This document shows positions 1 through 10,096 of a stretch of DNA of 64,000 nt, in pieces. The stretch is taken from contig JAUIBF010000001.1 in NCBI GenBank assembly GCA_030428125.1, positions 362,383 to 426,382 of the forward strand, given 5' to 3'. Source of the stretch: a bacterium. Lineage in GTDB: Bacteria; Patescibacteriota; Saccharimonadia; Saccharimonadales; SZUA-47. Numbering within the stretch: position 1 is the first letter of the stretch; each line of letters starts with the position of its first letter. The translations under genes and the position numbers were made by a program. The notes beneath the pieces were generated by a model. The model saw only the letters and a list, made by a program, of their open reading frames with translations, was not told where the DNA came from and did no database searches.

Positions 1-2
1 AA

Positions 3-665
3 ATCGAACGGGAGTTGAAATTCAACATTCTCCAGGAAACTGACGAAGTGTTTGATGGGTACTATTTAAGTCCAGGGGAGACAAAGTACTGCTATATCGG
101 AAACTTCGAACGTCATATTCAGACATCTGTTGAGGCTGTTTGTGAGAACAATTTCCCGTACTTAAGATGGAATGTGAGCGCAAACTTTACTCCGACACAG
201 TTCATAATCGAATGGTTTACCGAATCAGGAAATGATGCAAATGATCCGGCAGGGACGCTTGTTCAGACTGATACATTATCGCCAGGCGACGCAGGTGTAT
301 CATTCGATGGTACAACTTATAGCGGAACGCTACTATGGCCAGGTGCAAATGATGATCCAGCAAATGAGGATTGGCCAGGTTGGACAGAAGTAAATGGCAT
401 ATGGGAAGAAGATGTGAGCGACTTCGGTGGAAACTTACGACCAAGTGCAAATGTTTCGATTACAGTGAATCCTACAGTGGATACACCATCAGCATATCCC
501 GATGCCAATGAGGATTGTAATCCAAGTAACCCAGCAGTGCTCTCGGCTACAACAACGACGCTTGCTTCAACGGGTGAGACGCTATACGTTGATTTTCTAG
601 TCGCACTACTACTATTTGGCTCTGTTGCTGGTCTTTACAAAATTTCTCAAAAAGAAACTGAATAA
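3..665 (+). CDS. cell-surface protein, C-terminal part (5' end runs off the window) with a sortase-type sorting signal
   Basis: The frame is open to the window edge upstream of the TTG at 15. The C-terminus has LASTG (LPXTG-like), a hydrophobic segment (LYVDFLVALLLFGSVAGLY) and a charged tail (KISQKETE). Confidence 0.6.
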   Translation: MERELKFNILQETDEVFDGYYLSPGETKYCYIGNFERHIQTSVEAVCENNFPYLRWNVSANFTPTQFIIEWFTESGNDANDPAGTLVQTDTLSPGDAGVSFDGTTYSGTLLWPGANDDPANEDWPGWTEVNGIWEEDVSDFGGNLRPSANVSITVNPTVDTPSAYPDANEDCNPSNPAVLSATTTTLASTGETLYVDFLVALLLFGSVAGLYKISQKETE

Positions 666-720
666 ATCGTAAATTTCCCCTTAAATCATCGCAGTTAATT
701 CTGTATACTAGAGGGTAACG

Positions 721-1014
721 ATGTCAAAACTTAACCCTGAAGAAGTATTAAAGTTGGCCCGATTAGCTAGGCTAAAATTAACAGATGAAGAAGTCGAAAA
801 ATATTCTGAAGAACTCGGGACTATTATGGACTACTTTAAACTTCTAGATGAGGCTGACCTAAGTAAACTTGAACCTACTAGTCAGGTTACAGGTCTTGTA
901 AACCAGTTCAGGGCAGATGAGGTAGTTGAAGATCAGAAAGCTACACCGGATGATTTGTTAGAAATAGCTCCTGAATCAAAAGACAGATACCTAAAAGTCA
1001 AAAGGATGATTTAG
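721..1014 (+). CDS. gatC: Asp/Glu-tRNA(Asn/Gln) amidotransferase subunit C
   Basis: 97 aa and acidic, with a GatC-like N-terminus (VLKLARLARLKLTDEE). It sits directly upstream of gatA, and a GAGGG sequence lies upstream of the ATG. Confidence 0.9.
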   Translation: MSKLNPEEVLKLARLARLKLTDEEVEKYSEELGTIMDYFKLLDEADLSKLEPTSQVTGLVNQFRADEVVEDQKATPDDLLEIAPESKDRYLKVKRMI

Positions 1015-1017
1015 GTA

Positions 1018-2445
1018 ATGAGTATCTGGCCATCAATTAATGATATTGCTAAAGACGTAAAGAGTGGAAAGACTACGGCACTAGAACAGGTTGAAAAATC
1101 GCTGAAACAAATTGCTGATAAAGATGCTGATTTCAATTCCGTTCTATGGCTATGTGAAGAACGTGCAAAACAGCGCGCAAATGAAATTGACCAAAAAGTT
1201 AATAATGGTGAAGAACCTGGTCGACTGGCCGGAGTGCCTTTTATCGCTAAAGATAATTATTTAGTATTCGGTGCACAAACTACTGCTGCTAGTAATATGC
1301 TAAAAGGGTTTGAGGCTCCATACCAGTCAACAGCAATAGAAAAATTAGAAGCAGAAGGTGCAATCTGTGTCGCAAAAGCGAATCTGGACGCATTTGCGCA
1401 TGGTGGCTCAACAGAAAATAGTGATTTTGGTGTTACAAAAAACCCACATGACAAAACACGTGTTGCAGGTGGAAGTAGTGGTGGTTCGGCAGCCGCAGTC
1501 GCACTAGACTTAGCGCCTTTTGCGATGGGTTCTGATACAGGGGGTTCTATAAGGCAACCGGCAAGCTTTTGTGGGATTGTAGGATATAAGCCAACATACG
1601 GACTAGTTTCTCGTAGTGGAGTTGTGGCTATGGCAAGTAGTACTGACGTGCTTGGGCCTCTGACGAGAAGTGTCGAAGACTCAGCGCTGCTACTCGACGT
1701 AGTTAGTGGTAAAGATTCACTAGATGGTACGACAATCGACAGAGATGAAAAATCTTATCTGGATTTTGATGAAGATTCTGTAAAAGGCAAAAAAATTGGA
1801 ATTATCAAGGAATATTTTGGAGAAGGAGTAGATGAAGGTGTTGAAAGTAGCGTACGGGAAGCAATTAAAAAACTAGAAGATGCCGGTGCAAAAGTCGAAG
1901 AAATTAGCTTGCCTAGTCTGCCGCTTGCTTTGGCTGTTTACTACGTCGTAGTACCTGCCGAGCTTAGTAGCAATCTTTCACGTCATGATGGACAAAGGTA
2001 TCAGTACTCTGCGCTAGGCTCTAACTCTTTAGATGAATCATACGAAAACTCTAGGACCCAAGGGTTTGGTATGGAGGCAAAGCGACGAATAATGATTGGA
2101 ACGCATGTTTTGAGTTCTGGATATTACGATGCGTACTACAAAAAAGCTCAGACCGTTAGAACTAAATTGATAAACGAGTTCAAGCAAGCATTTGAGGAGT
2201 ACGATTTTCTAGTCGGCCCTGTTATCCCGACAGTAGCATTTAAAATCGGAGAATTAAACCAGCATCCGTTAAGTATGTACTTGCAGGACATAATGACCGT
2301 GGCCGTTAGTCTTGCAGGCCTGCCTGCAGTTAGCTTGCCATGTGGAGAATCGGAAGGAATGCCAGTTGGCCTTCAGATAATTGCAGGTCAGAAAAAAGAC
2401 AGGCAACTTCTGTCAATATCAAAAGTATTTGAGGAGATTAATTAA
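1018..2445 (+). CDS. gatA: Asp/Glu-tRNA(Asn/Gln) amidotransferase subunit A
   Basis: 475 aa with amidase signature motifs GGSSGGSAAAVA and GSDTGGSIRQPA. Confidence 0.95.
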   Translation: MSIWPSINDIAKDVKSGKTTALEQVEKSLKQIADKDADFNSVLWLCEERAKQRANEIDQKVNNGEEPGRLAGVPFIAKDNYLVFGAQTTAASNMLKGFEAPYQSTAIEKLEAEGAICVAKANLDAFAHGGSTENSDFGVTKNPHDKTRVAGGSSGGSAAAVALDLAPFAMGSDTGGSIRQPASFCGIVGYKPTYGLVSRSGVVAMASSTDVLGPLTRSVEDSALLLDVVSGKDSLDGTTIDRDEKSYLDFDEDSVKGKKIGIIKEYFGEGVDEGVESSVREAIKKLEDAGAKVEEISLPSLPLALAVYYVVVPAELSSNLSRHDGQRYQYSALGSNSLDESYENSRTQGFGMEAKRRIMIGTHVLSSGYYDAYYKKAQTVRTKLINEFKQAFEEYDFLVGPVIPTVAFKIGELNQHPLSMYLQDIMTVAVSLAGLPAVSLPCGESEGMPVGLQIIAGQKKDRQLLSISKVFEEIN

Positions 2446-2856
2446 GTGAGCCCTGAATCGATTTTAGCAATAACTGGAGCTGTTGTGGCAATTGGAGGCG
2501 CAACTGTTATATTGATGAGGAAGTTGCCAAAACGCATTAAGACCACTCACTATCGTCGTAAATGGAGAGAGCTGCAAAGAATGTGTGGCAACAAGCAAAC
2601 TTGGCCCGATGCTATCGTTGGCGCTGATAAGCTGCTTGATGATGTGTTGAAGAAACGTAGAAAACCAGGAAAGAAAATGGGCGAGCGAATGGTGGCAGCG
2701 CAGAAAAGCTTCACAAATAACGACGCCATCTGGAAAGCTCACAAATTAGCTGATCATATTGCACATAGCGAAGAGGAGGTCAAGCTTAAAGAAGATGATG
2801 TAAAAGATTCTCTGGTAGCTTTCCGTGAAGCCCTGAGAGATCTAGGAGCTATTTAG
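2446..2856 (+). CDS. membrane-anchored hypothetical protein embedded between gatA and gatB
   Basis: Its GTG directly follows the gatA TAA (2443-2445) and its TAG (2854-2856) abuts the gatB ATG. It has one N-terminal TM segment (ILAITGAVVAIGGATVILM) followed by a basic helical tail. Confidence 0.6.
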   Translation: MSPESILAITGAVVAIGGATVILMRKLPKRIKTTHYRRKWRELQRMCGNKQTWPDAIVGADKLLDDVLKKRRKPGKKMGERMVAAQKSFTNNDAIWKAHKLADHIAHSEEEVKLKEDDVKDSLVAFREALRDLGAI

Positions 2857-4341
2857 ATGGTCGATGAAAAGTACAAGGTTAAAGATTACTACCCAACGAT
2901 TGGGATAGAGTGCCATGTACAGCTAAAGACCAAAACAAAGTTGTTCAGTAGTGTCAGTAACGAGGCGATTGATGCCGAACCCAACACGTTGGTTAATCAT
3001 ATCTGTTTCGGTCTTCCTGGTGCATTACCAGTACTAAATGAGGAGGCGGTTAGGCTAGCATCTAAGGCAGCGTTTGCACTTGGCACAACACCACAGAAAT
3101 TCTCTAAGTTCGACAGAAAACATTATTTTTATCCAGACCTTCCAAAAGGCTACCAAATAAGCCAATTTGACGAACCAATTATTTTAGACGGTTCTATAGT
3201 AATACACCTCGAAGACGGTAGTCAGAAGACTATAAACATAACTCGTGCTCACATGGAAGAGGACGCCGGAAAATCCACTCATCCTAGCGGAGAAGATTTT
3301 TCATTAGTGGATTTGAATCGAGCTGGAACACCACTTCTTGAAATTGTTTCGGAGCCAGAAATTCACAGTTCTGCAGAAGCGAAAGCATATGCAAAAGAGT
3401 TATGGTTGAGAATGAAGTATGCAGGCGTGTCAGACGTAGATTTGTATCACGGCAATATGCGTTTCGATGTAAATGTAAGCGTTAGCAAAGACTCACAAAA
3501 ATTTGGTACAAGGACAGAAACTAAAAATCTAAATAGTTTTAAAAGCGTGGAACGAGCAGTCGACTACGAAATAGAACGTCAAATAAAAGCATTAGAAAAA
3601 GGTGAAAAAATTGTCCAGGAGACCAGGGGTTGGCTGGATGATAAACAGAAAACTGTTTCTCAGCGATCTAAAGAGGATGCGCACGACTATCGTTATTTCC
3701 CTGACCCCGATATCCCTCCAATTGTTTTGAGTGATGAATATATAGCTGAAATCAAAAAGTCTGTACAGAGAATGCCAGAAGAAATCCGCGAAGAATTATC
3801 AGAAGCAGGAATTGCTAAAGCAACGATCGAGGCTTTGATGGAGTCTAGCGGCAATGAGGATTACGTCGGACTTGTTATTGAAGCCCAAAAAGATGGCAAT
3901 AAGTTCGCAGCTTTTGTCGCTAACTTTATTGTAAACGATTACTTCAAGCTAATTTCTGATTCAAGAACGCAAACGAATGGTGCTGAGTCACTCAACAAAC
4001 TTCCTGGCATAAAGGTATTTAGCGATGTATTTGAGCTATTTAGCAGCAATGACATCAGCTCCAACAGTGTAGTGATGATTCTTTTTAAATTTTCACAAGG
4101 CACAACAGGATCGGTAAATGATTTCGTTGATAAAAATAACTTGCGGCAGATGAGCAATAGCGGAGAGATAGAAAAAATAGTAGATCAAGTTATAATTGAC
4201 AATCCAAAACCAGTTGAGGATGTAAAAAACGGTGAGATGAAGGCGATTGGATTCTTGGTCGGGCAAGTGATGAAGGCAAGCCAGGGTAAAGCAAATCCTG
4301 GGCTAGCAAAAGATCTAATTAAGAAAAAAATCGGGGTATAA
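2857..4341 (+). CDS. gatB: Asp/Glu-tRNA(Asn/Gln) amidotransferase subunit B
   Basis: 494 aa with a GatB-type N-terminus (YYPTIGIECHVQLKT) and a YqeY-like C-terminus (GFLVGQVMKASQGKANP). Confidence 0.95.
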   Translation: MVDEKYKVKDYYPTIGIECHVQLKTKTKLFSSVSNEAIDAEPNTLVNHICFGLPGALPVLNEEAVRLASKAAFALGTTPQKFSKFDRKHYFYPDLPKGYQISQFDEPIILDGSIVIHLEDGSQKTINITRAHMEEDAGKSTHPSGEDFSLVDLNRAGTPLLEIVSEPEIHSSAEAKAYAKELWLRMKYAGVSDVDLYHGNMRFDVNVSVSKDSQKFGTRTETKNLNSFKSVERAVDYEIERQIKALEKGEKIVQETRGWLDDKQKTVSQRSKEDAHDYRYFPDPDIPPIVLSDEYIAEIKKSVQRMPEEIREELSEAGIAKATIEALMESSGNEDYVGLVIEAQKDGNKFAAFVANFIVNDYFKLISDSRTQTNGAESLNKLPGIKVFSDVFELFSSNDISSNSVVMILFKFSQGTTGSVNDFVDKNNLRQMSNSGEIEKIVDQVIIDNPKPVEDVKNGEMKAIGFLVGQVMKASQGKANPGLAKDLIKKKIGV

Positions 4342-4343
4342 TC

Positions 4344-4553
4344 ATGACTATGTTTGATAAGGTATCCACTCCTAATCAAAGTGATCTTGAAATGTTAGCA
4401 GCAATGCTTGAAGGAAATAGGCCGCCAATAGGAACAGAAATACCTGCTAACGTCGGGAGGATGATCACAAGACTTGATTACCTGACAGGCTTAAGAGAAA
4501 TTGGTAGCGTACTAACACCAAAAAAAGTAATATTTGTAGGGAGATTTGATTAA
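4344..4553 (+). CDS. hypothetical 69-aa protein coupled to gatB and galU
   Basis: The ATG lies 2 nt after the gatB stop, and its TAA overlaps the galU ATG (TAATG at 4551-4555). No family recognised. Confidence 0.45.
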   Translation: MTMFDKVSTPNQSDLEMLAAMLEGNRPPIGTEIPANVGRMITRLDYLTGLREIGSVLTPKKVIFVGRFD

Positions 4554-5428
4554 TGAAAAAAGTTAGAAAAGCAGTCATAGCAGCAGCCGGTATGGGCACA
4601 AGGTTCTTGCCTCAGACCAAAGCAATGCCAAAAGAAATGTTGCCGATTATCGATAAGCCTGTAATTCAGTTGGTTGTTGAAGGACTTGTGGAGGCCGGAG
4701 TAGAAGACATCATTATTGTCACAGGCCCAACAAAACGTGCCATTGAAGATCATTTTGACAGAAGTCTAGAGCTTGAAGAAGAGCTAGAAAAGAAAGGCAA
4801 GTCCGAAATTAAAAGCCAGCTGGTTTCAATTGCAGAAATGGCTAATTTTATATACATCAGGCAAAAAGGCGAGCCTAAGGGTAACGGTCGACCAATTCTA
4901 AACGCAGCGCACATGATAGGCGATGAACCATTTTTTTTCTTCTTTGCCGACGACTTCTTTAGTGGACATAAATCTACAGCTAGTCAGATGCTAGAAGCCT
5001 ATGAAAGAACCGGCAAGAGTGTTGTCGCGCTTCGTGAAGTTCCGGAAAGTGAAGTTAGTAGTTATGGAGTAGCGATTGTTCACGGGGAAGTAGAAGATGG
5101 CGTTGTGGACGTTGGTGGAATATATGAAAAACCAAAACTTGAAGATGCCCCATCAAACTTAGCAGTAGGAACTGGCTATTTGTTGACACCTGGAGTGCTG
5201 CCAATATTAGAGCAAATAAAAGTAGGTACAGGTGGAGAAATACAGATTGCCGATGCTGTTGAAGGCCTGGCAAAGACAGAAGGTTTCAGTGGCAGAGTCA
5301 TAGAGGGTGATTATCATGATACTGGTAACCCTATGGCGTATTTACGGACTTTAGTTACATTCGCACTCAAGGACGACGAGTATGGACCAGAGCTGAGAGA
5401 TTTCTTACAGCATAAATTATCAGAATAG
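4553..5428 (+). CDS. galU: UTP--glucose-1-phosphate uridylyltransferase
   Basis: 291 aa with the N-terminal nucleotidyltransferase motif AAGMGTRFLPQTKAMPKEMLP and a VEKP-like YEKPK. Confidence 0.9.
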   Translation: MKKVRKAVIAAAGMGTRFLPQTKAMPKEMLPIIDKPVIQLVVEGLVEAGVEDIIIVTGPTKRAIEDHFDRSLELEEELEKKGKSEIKSQLVSIAEMANFIYIRQKGEPKGNGRPILNAAHMIGDEPFFFFFADDFFSGHKSTASQMLEAYERTGKSVVALREVPESEVSSYGVAIVHGEVEDGVVDVGGIYEKPKLEDAPSNLAVGTGYLLTPGVLPILEQIKVGTGGEIQIADAVEGLAKTEGFSGRVIEGDYHDTGNPMAYLRTLVTFALKDDEYGPELRDFLQHKLSE

Positions 5429-5464
5429 TCTATACTGGACCTATAAGGAGAAAGGGTCTAGCAT

Positions 5465-5713
5465 ATGGATTCATACGATATATTAGTAATACTATTGGCT
5501 ATTGCACTGGCGATTTCGTTAATAGTTTGGATTGTAGTTGGGGTGCTTGCAATTCAAATACTAAAGAGAGTAAAGATAGCATCTGAAACTGCTCAGCAAG
5601 CTGTTGAGAATGTCGAAGAGTTTACCGAGCAGCTGAAAAATGCCGGTAAAATGAGTGCTGTCGGTAGTGCAGTAAGTCAAATAACTAAAATGTTTAAAGG
5701 AAAGGGTAAATAA
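5465..5713 (+). CDS. small membrane protein, YtxG/DUF948-like
   Basis: 82 aa with an N-terminal TM segment then a coiled helical tail. AAGGAG SD upstream. It sits directly upstream of a YtxH-like gene, as in the Bacillus ytxGH pair. Confidence 0.6.
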   Translation: MDSYDILVILLAIALAISLIVWIVVGVLAIQILKRVKIASETAQQAVENVEEFTEQLKNAGKMSAVGSAVSQITKMFKGKGK

Positions 5714-5715
5714 TT

Positions 5716-6120
5716 ATGGGTAAGGAACGAAATAAAGGCGTAGCAGCTGGAGTAGCAATTGGAGCAGTAGTAGGCGTTATAACGGGAATTCTATTTGCCC
5801 CAAAAAGCGGTAAAGAAACACGTCAAGACATTAAGGACGGGGCATCGAGGGCTGCACAGAAGTTTGAAAAACAGGCAAGACTTTTGCAAGCTGAGATTAC
5901 TGACCTCATTAAAAAAGTAGAAAATCAGGTCAAAGATAAAAAGGGAGCAGTGGCTAAAAAAGCTAAAGAACTCATTGAACAGGCTAAGAAAGCTCAAGCC
6001 CAACTAAAAGTTGTAGCAAAATCAGTTAAAGAAGGTGAAGCTGACGACAAAGATTTAGATAAAGCTATCAAAAAAGCCCAAGAAGCAAAAGATTCACTTG
6101 CTAAGTACCTAAAGAAATAA
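5716..6120 (+). CDS. YtxH-like protein
   Basis: 134 aa with a Gly/Ala-rich N-terminal hydrophobic segment followed by APKSGKETRQDIKD, then a long Lys/Ala-rich helix. Confidence 0.7.
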   Translation: MGKERNKGVAAGVAIGAVVGVITGILFAPKSGKETRQDIKDGASRAAQKFEKQARLLQAEITDLIKKVENQVKDKKGAVAKKAKELIEQAKKAQAQLKVVAKSVKEGEADDKDLDKAIKKAQEAKDSLAKYLKK

Positions 6121-6413
6121 TGGCTAAAAAAGAGTCTGAAAAGATAGCAAAATCTAAAAAGCAAAACCTAAATCCGGTAAATTACGAAAGAGTCGGTCGG
6201 ATGTTTGTTGACATAGTTGCATCCACATATGCTAAGAAGTGGCGAATATACTGGCTGAGTATAGTTAAAGGATTCTTTGGAGGCTTAGGAGGGGTTATTG
6301 GAGCAACGGTAGGTGTGGCTTTGCTTTTGTATTTATTGTCTTTCTTTGATTCGATTCCGTTTATTGATCACTTTATAAGATTAATAGAAACAGACTCGCC
6401 CGGGACTCCGTAG
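6120..6413 (+). CDS. small membrane protein (Gly-rich TM hairpin)
   Basis: 97 aa. TAATG overlap with the upstream gene. Contains WRIYWLSIVKGFFGGLGGVIGATVGVALLLYLL. Confidence 0.55.
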   Translation: MAKKESEKIAKSKKQNLNPVNYERVGRMFVDIVASTYAKKWRIYWLSIVKGFFGGLGGVIGATVGVALLLYLLSFFDSIPFIDHFIRLIETDSPGTP

Positions 6414-6475
6414 CGAATTAAGTCGTTATTTTAACGACAGACAAACCTCCGTCGAACAACTATAATCATATATAG

Positions 6476-9400
6476 ATGGCGGATAATAATAGCTTTAGCG
6501 CAAAAGATTTTGTGCATTTACATAATCATACTCATTACAGCTTGCTGGACGGCTTGCAGAAGATTAAGCCCATGATCTCGCATGTTAAAGAGCTGGGTAT
6601 GGAAGCTGTTGCTATGACTGATCACGGAACAATGTCCGGGGTAATTGAATTTTACAAAGAGGCAGGTGAACAAGATGTAAAGCCGGTTATCGGCATGGAG
6701 ACATACATTGCCTCCCGAAAACATACCGACAAGGAGCCGGGCAAGGACAAGCTGAATTTTCACTTAATACTGATAGCCATGAACGAGACAGGCTATAAGA
6801 ATTTGATGCGCCTCAGCACTATAGCGAATTTAGACGGTTATTATTATCGACCCAGAATTGACCATGAGCTGCTAGAGAAGTATAACGAGGGCTTAATTGT
6901 GCTATCAGGCTGTATTGGTGGTGAGGTTGGAGATGCACTGCGTCAGAATCAGTATGACCAAGCCGTAGAAATTGCAAAATGGTACAAAAAAATATTCGGT
7001 GATAGGTATTATTTAGAGCTACAAGATCATGGCCACCCAGACCATCCACACAAGTGGGATGAACAAGTCGCAGTAAATAAACAGTTGATAGAACTCTCAG
7101 AACACCTGGACATCTCACCTGTTGTAACTTGTGACGCGCACTATCTCAAAAAAGAGGACCAGGAAGCTCATGAAATACTGCTATGTGTGCAGACCGGATC
7201 TTTCCTGGACGAGGAAAAAAGGATGAGCCTCAAGGAATTCGAGTTGTTTGTCGCAGACCCCGTTGAAATTAACAAGCGATGGAAAGATACGTTGCCAGAA
7301 GCTATTACTAACACAAAAAAGATTGCAGATCGCTGCAAAATTGAAATAGAACTAGGTAAAATCTTAATTCCTAAGTTCCCACTACCTAAAGGCGTCACTG
7401 AAAAATCATATCTAGATGAATGTGTTTACCGAGGGCTCATAAAAAAATACGGTGATGACGGGCCTTCAAAACAAACAAATAAACTAAAAGTTTCTGATGC
7501 TAAGAAGCTGCTCCCTAAAGAAGTTCTAGAGCGAGCACAATTTGAATTGCAGGTTGTTGATCAAATGGGCTTCAACGGCTACTTCCTTATTATTGCTGAT
7601 TTTATGGACTGGGGTAAGGCTCAGGGAATCGTGTTCGGACCAGGAAGAGGTAGTGCGGCTGGATCAATCATTGCCTATGCGCTCGGCATAACAGAGCTAG
7701 ACCCTCTTGAGTACGACCTTCTTTTTGAACGTTTTTTGAATCCCGACAGGATAAGTATGCCGGATATCGATATAGATATTCAGGATTCACGTCGTGACGA
7801 AGTAATTCAGTATTGTGTAGACAAGTACGGCAGCGATAGAGTTGCCAACATAGTAACATTCGGTAAGATGGCTGCTCGTAATGCAGTAAGAGATGTATCA
7901 AGGGTTTTGAGGGTTCCGTACGGCGAAGCGGATAGGTTAGCGAAAATGATTCCTCCACCAATCCAGGGTAGACACATTCCACTAGCAGCTTCGCTAAAAG
8001 AGAATAAAGATTTGGCTAACGAATATGAAAACAATGAGATTGCTAAAAAAGTATTCGACCTTGCTACAAAACTAGAAGGAACTATTAGAAGTCATGGAGT
8101 CCATGCAGCCGGTGTGGTGATTGCTCCGGATGATATCGTGAACTTTGTACCACTAGAAAAAGCTCAGAAAGGGGTTGTCTCGACACAGTACTCCATGAAT
8201 CCGGTAGAAGAACTCGGATTGCTTAAGATGGACTTTTTAGGCCTATCTAATCTTACGATTATTAATAATGCTTTGAGAATTATAAAAAAAGTCTACAACA
8301 AAGAAATTGATATCAATACTGTGCCACTTGATGACAAAAAGACTTATGAGCTACTACAAAGAGGTGAAACTACTGGGATATTTCAGTTTGAATCTTCAGG
8401 GATGAAACGGTACTTAAAAGAGCTAAAGCCCACAGAGTTCAATGATTTAATTGCCATGGGTGCTTTATATCGCCCTGGTCCGTTGACTGCGGGGCTAACG
8501 GATAGCTTCGTTAAGCGAAAAAATGGCCTGGAAGAAGTTTCTTATGTTCACGAGAAGTTTAAGGGTGCTCTAGGTTCTACATTCGGGGTTTTAGTCTACC
8601 AAGAGCAGGTTATGCGTATTTCCAGAGATGTTTGTGGCTTCTCTGGTGGTGATGCCGACACATTGCGTAAGGCAATAGGAAAGAAAAAACGCGATGTGAT
8701 GATAAAAATGAAGAAGCAGTTCATTGAGGGTGGAGAAAAGCACGGTGGTGTCCCGAGAGCTGTAATGGAGAAATTCTGGGAAGATTTAATGGGCTTTGCC
8801 GATTATGCATTCAACAAATCGCATTCGTCATGTTACGGATTAATTTCTTACCAGACTGCATACCTAAAAGCGCACTATCCAGCTGCATTCATGGCTGCAC
8901 TAATGACTAGTGATTATGATGATACGGAACGACTGACTATTGAAATGAATGAATGTCAACACATGGGAATCTCAGTACTGCCACCTGATATAAACGAATC
9001 ATTTGTAGAATTTGCTATTGTTCCGGGTAAAGATGAAATACGTTTCGGGATGAGTGCGATAAAAAATGTCGGTGTGGGAGCAGTAGAGGAAATATTGGCC
9101 GAACGAAAATCAGGTCCTTTCGTAAGTCTAGAGGATTTCTTTAACAGAGTAAGCTCAAGATCCGTAAACCGAAAAACTATTGAAAGTTTGATTAAAACAG
9201 GTGCTTTTGACAAGTTTGGTACCAGGTCTCTTCTGCTAAACAATATCGATGCAATGATTTCATATTCCCAGAAAAGACAGAAAGAAAAAGAAAGTGGTCA
9301 AGTAGATTTATTCGGGGGCTCAGGTGATGAGGCCACCGTTACAACAGAAATAACTCTTGGGCCTGAAGATACTAAGTATACAGAATCAGATTACTTGCAA

Positions 9401-10096
9401 TGGGAGAGAGAATTGATGGGATTGTATTTGTCAGATCATCCGTTGTCGAATTTTGAAGTATATCTACGAGAGAAAACTTACCCCTTGAAGTCAATAACCA
9501 AAGAGCATGACTCCAAGAAAGCTAAGGTTGGAGGAATAGTAAACACAGTAAGGGTCATACAAACCAAAAAAGGCGATAACATGGCGTTTGTCGGTATTAG
9601 TGATAGTACCGGAGAAATAGAGTTGTTGCTGTTCCCGGCAACATACGAGCAAACAGCATGGCTTTGGGAAGTCGACAAAGTAGTTTATGTGGAAGGAAGC
9701 GTGAACGCAAAAGATAGAGATGGGCAGTTAATCGATGACGTTAAGGTAAATGTTTCTACAGCAAGGGAGGTTTTACCTGAGGAAGCGAAGGCTTACAAAG
9801 AAAAGGGCAAAACTCTAAAGCCTTTAGGAGAAGTTTCTACGAAAAAACTAGTAAAGAATAAGCCTCCAAAGCTCGATAGAATTTTTATCAGGCTAATGTC
9901 GACCGACAATACTGAACAGCTAACTTCACTGAAGTCACATATAGATAGCTATCCTGGTGAAAGTGAGGTGGTGTTAGTGGTGGGGCCGGTAGATTCTAAA
10001 CAGGCCATACGTGTTCCCGATAGGACTAGTAGAGATGACGAAAGCGTTGATGAGCTAGTTAAGTTGTTTGGCCCAGAGAACGTTAAGCTGAGCTAA
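6476..10096 (+). CDS. dnaE: DNA polymerase III alpha subunit
   Basis: 1206 aa with PHP domain HLHNHTHYSLLDG, Pol III alpha core motifs (GPGRGSAAGS, PDIDID) and a C-terminal OB-like region. TATAAT (6461-6466) lies 9 nt upstream of the ATG. Confidence 0.95.
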   Translation: MADNNSFSAKDFVHLHNHTHYSLLDGLQKIKPMISHVKELGMEAVAMTDHGTMSGVIEFYKEAGEQDVKPVIGMETYIASRKHTDKEPGKDKLNFHLILIAMNETGYKNLMRLSTIANLDGYYYRPRIDHELLEKYNEGLIVLSGCIGGEVGDALRQNQYDQAVEIAKWYKKIFGDRYYLELQDHGHPDHPHKWDEQVAVNKQLIELSEHLDISPVVTCDAHYLKKEDQEAHEILLCVQTGSFLDEEKRMSLKEFELFVADPVEINKRWKDTLPEAITNTKKIADRCKIEIELGKILIPKFPLPKGVTEKSYLDECVYRGLIKKYGDDGPSKQTNKLKVSDAKKLLPKEVLERAQFELQVVDQMGFNGYFLIIADFMDWGKAQGIVFGPGRGSAAGSIIAYALGITELDPLEYDLLFERFLNPDRISMPDIDIDIQDSRRDEVIQYCVDKYGSDRVANIVTFGKMAARNAVRDVSRVLRVPYGEADRLAKMIPPPIQGRHIPLAASLKENKDLANEYENNEIAKKVFDLATKLEGTIRSHGVHAAGVVIAPDDIVNFVPLEKAQKGVVSTQYSMNPVEELGLLKMDFLGLSNLTIINNALRIIKKVYNKEIDINTVPLDDKKTYELLQRGETTGIFQFESSGMKRYLKELKPTEFNDLIAMGALYRPGPLTAGLTDSFVKRKNGLEEVSYVHEKFKGALGSTFGVLVYQEQVMRISRDVCGFSGGDADTLRKAIGKKKRDVMIKMKKQFIEGGEKHGGVPRAVMEKFWEDLMGFADYAFNKSHSSCYGLISYQTAYLKAHYPAAFMAALMTSDYDDTERLTIEMNECQHMGISVLPPDINESFVEFAIVPGKDEIRFGMSAIKNVGVGAVEEILAERKSGPFVSLEDFFNRVSSRSVNRKTIESLIKTGAFDKFGTRSLLLNNIDAMISYSQKRQKEKESGQVDLFGGSGDEATVTTEITLGPEDTKYTESDYLQWERELMGLYLSDHPLSNFEVYLREKTYPLKSITKEHDSKKAKVGGIVNTVRVIQTKKGDNMAFVGISDSTGEIELLLFPATYEQTAWLWEVDKVVYVEGSVNAKDRDGQLIDDVKVNVSTAREVLPEEAKAYKEKGKTLKPLGEVSTKKLVKNKPPKLDRIFIRLMSTDNTEQLTSLKSHIDSYPGESEVVLVVGPVDSKQAIRVPDRTSRDDESVDELVKLFGPENVKLS

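Noticed and set aside
4929-4937. A T8 homopolymer within galU (encoding FFFFF) as a possible phase-variation tract.
   Set aside because: The reading frame is intact and the tract encodes a hydrophobic stretch at a position compatible with the fold. A single sequence gives no evidence of length variation.
10093-10096. Overlapping convergent stop codons of dnaE and the CAP-domain gene (and the 17-nt convergent overlap at 17266-17282).
   Set aside because: The overlaps are real, but they are a common result of genome compaction. They have no specific functional implication that I can support.
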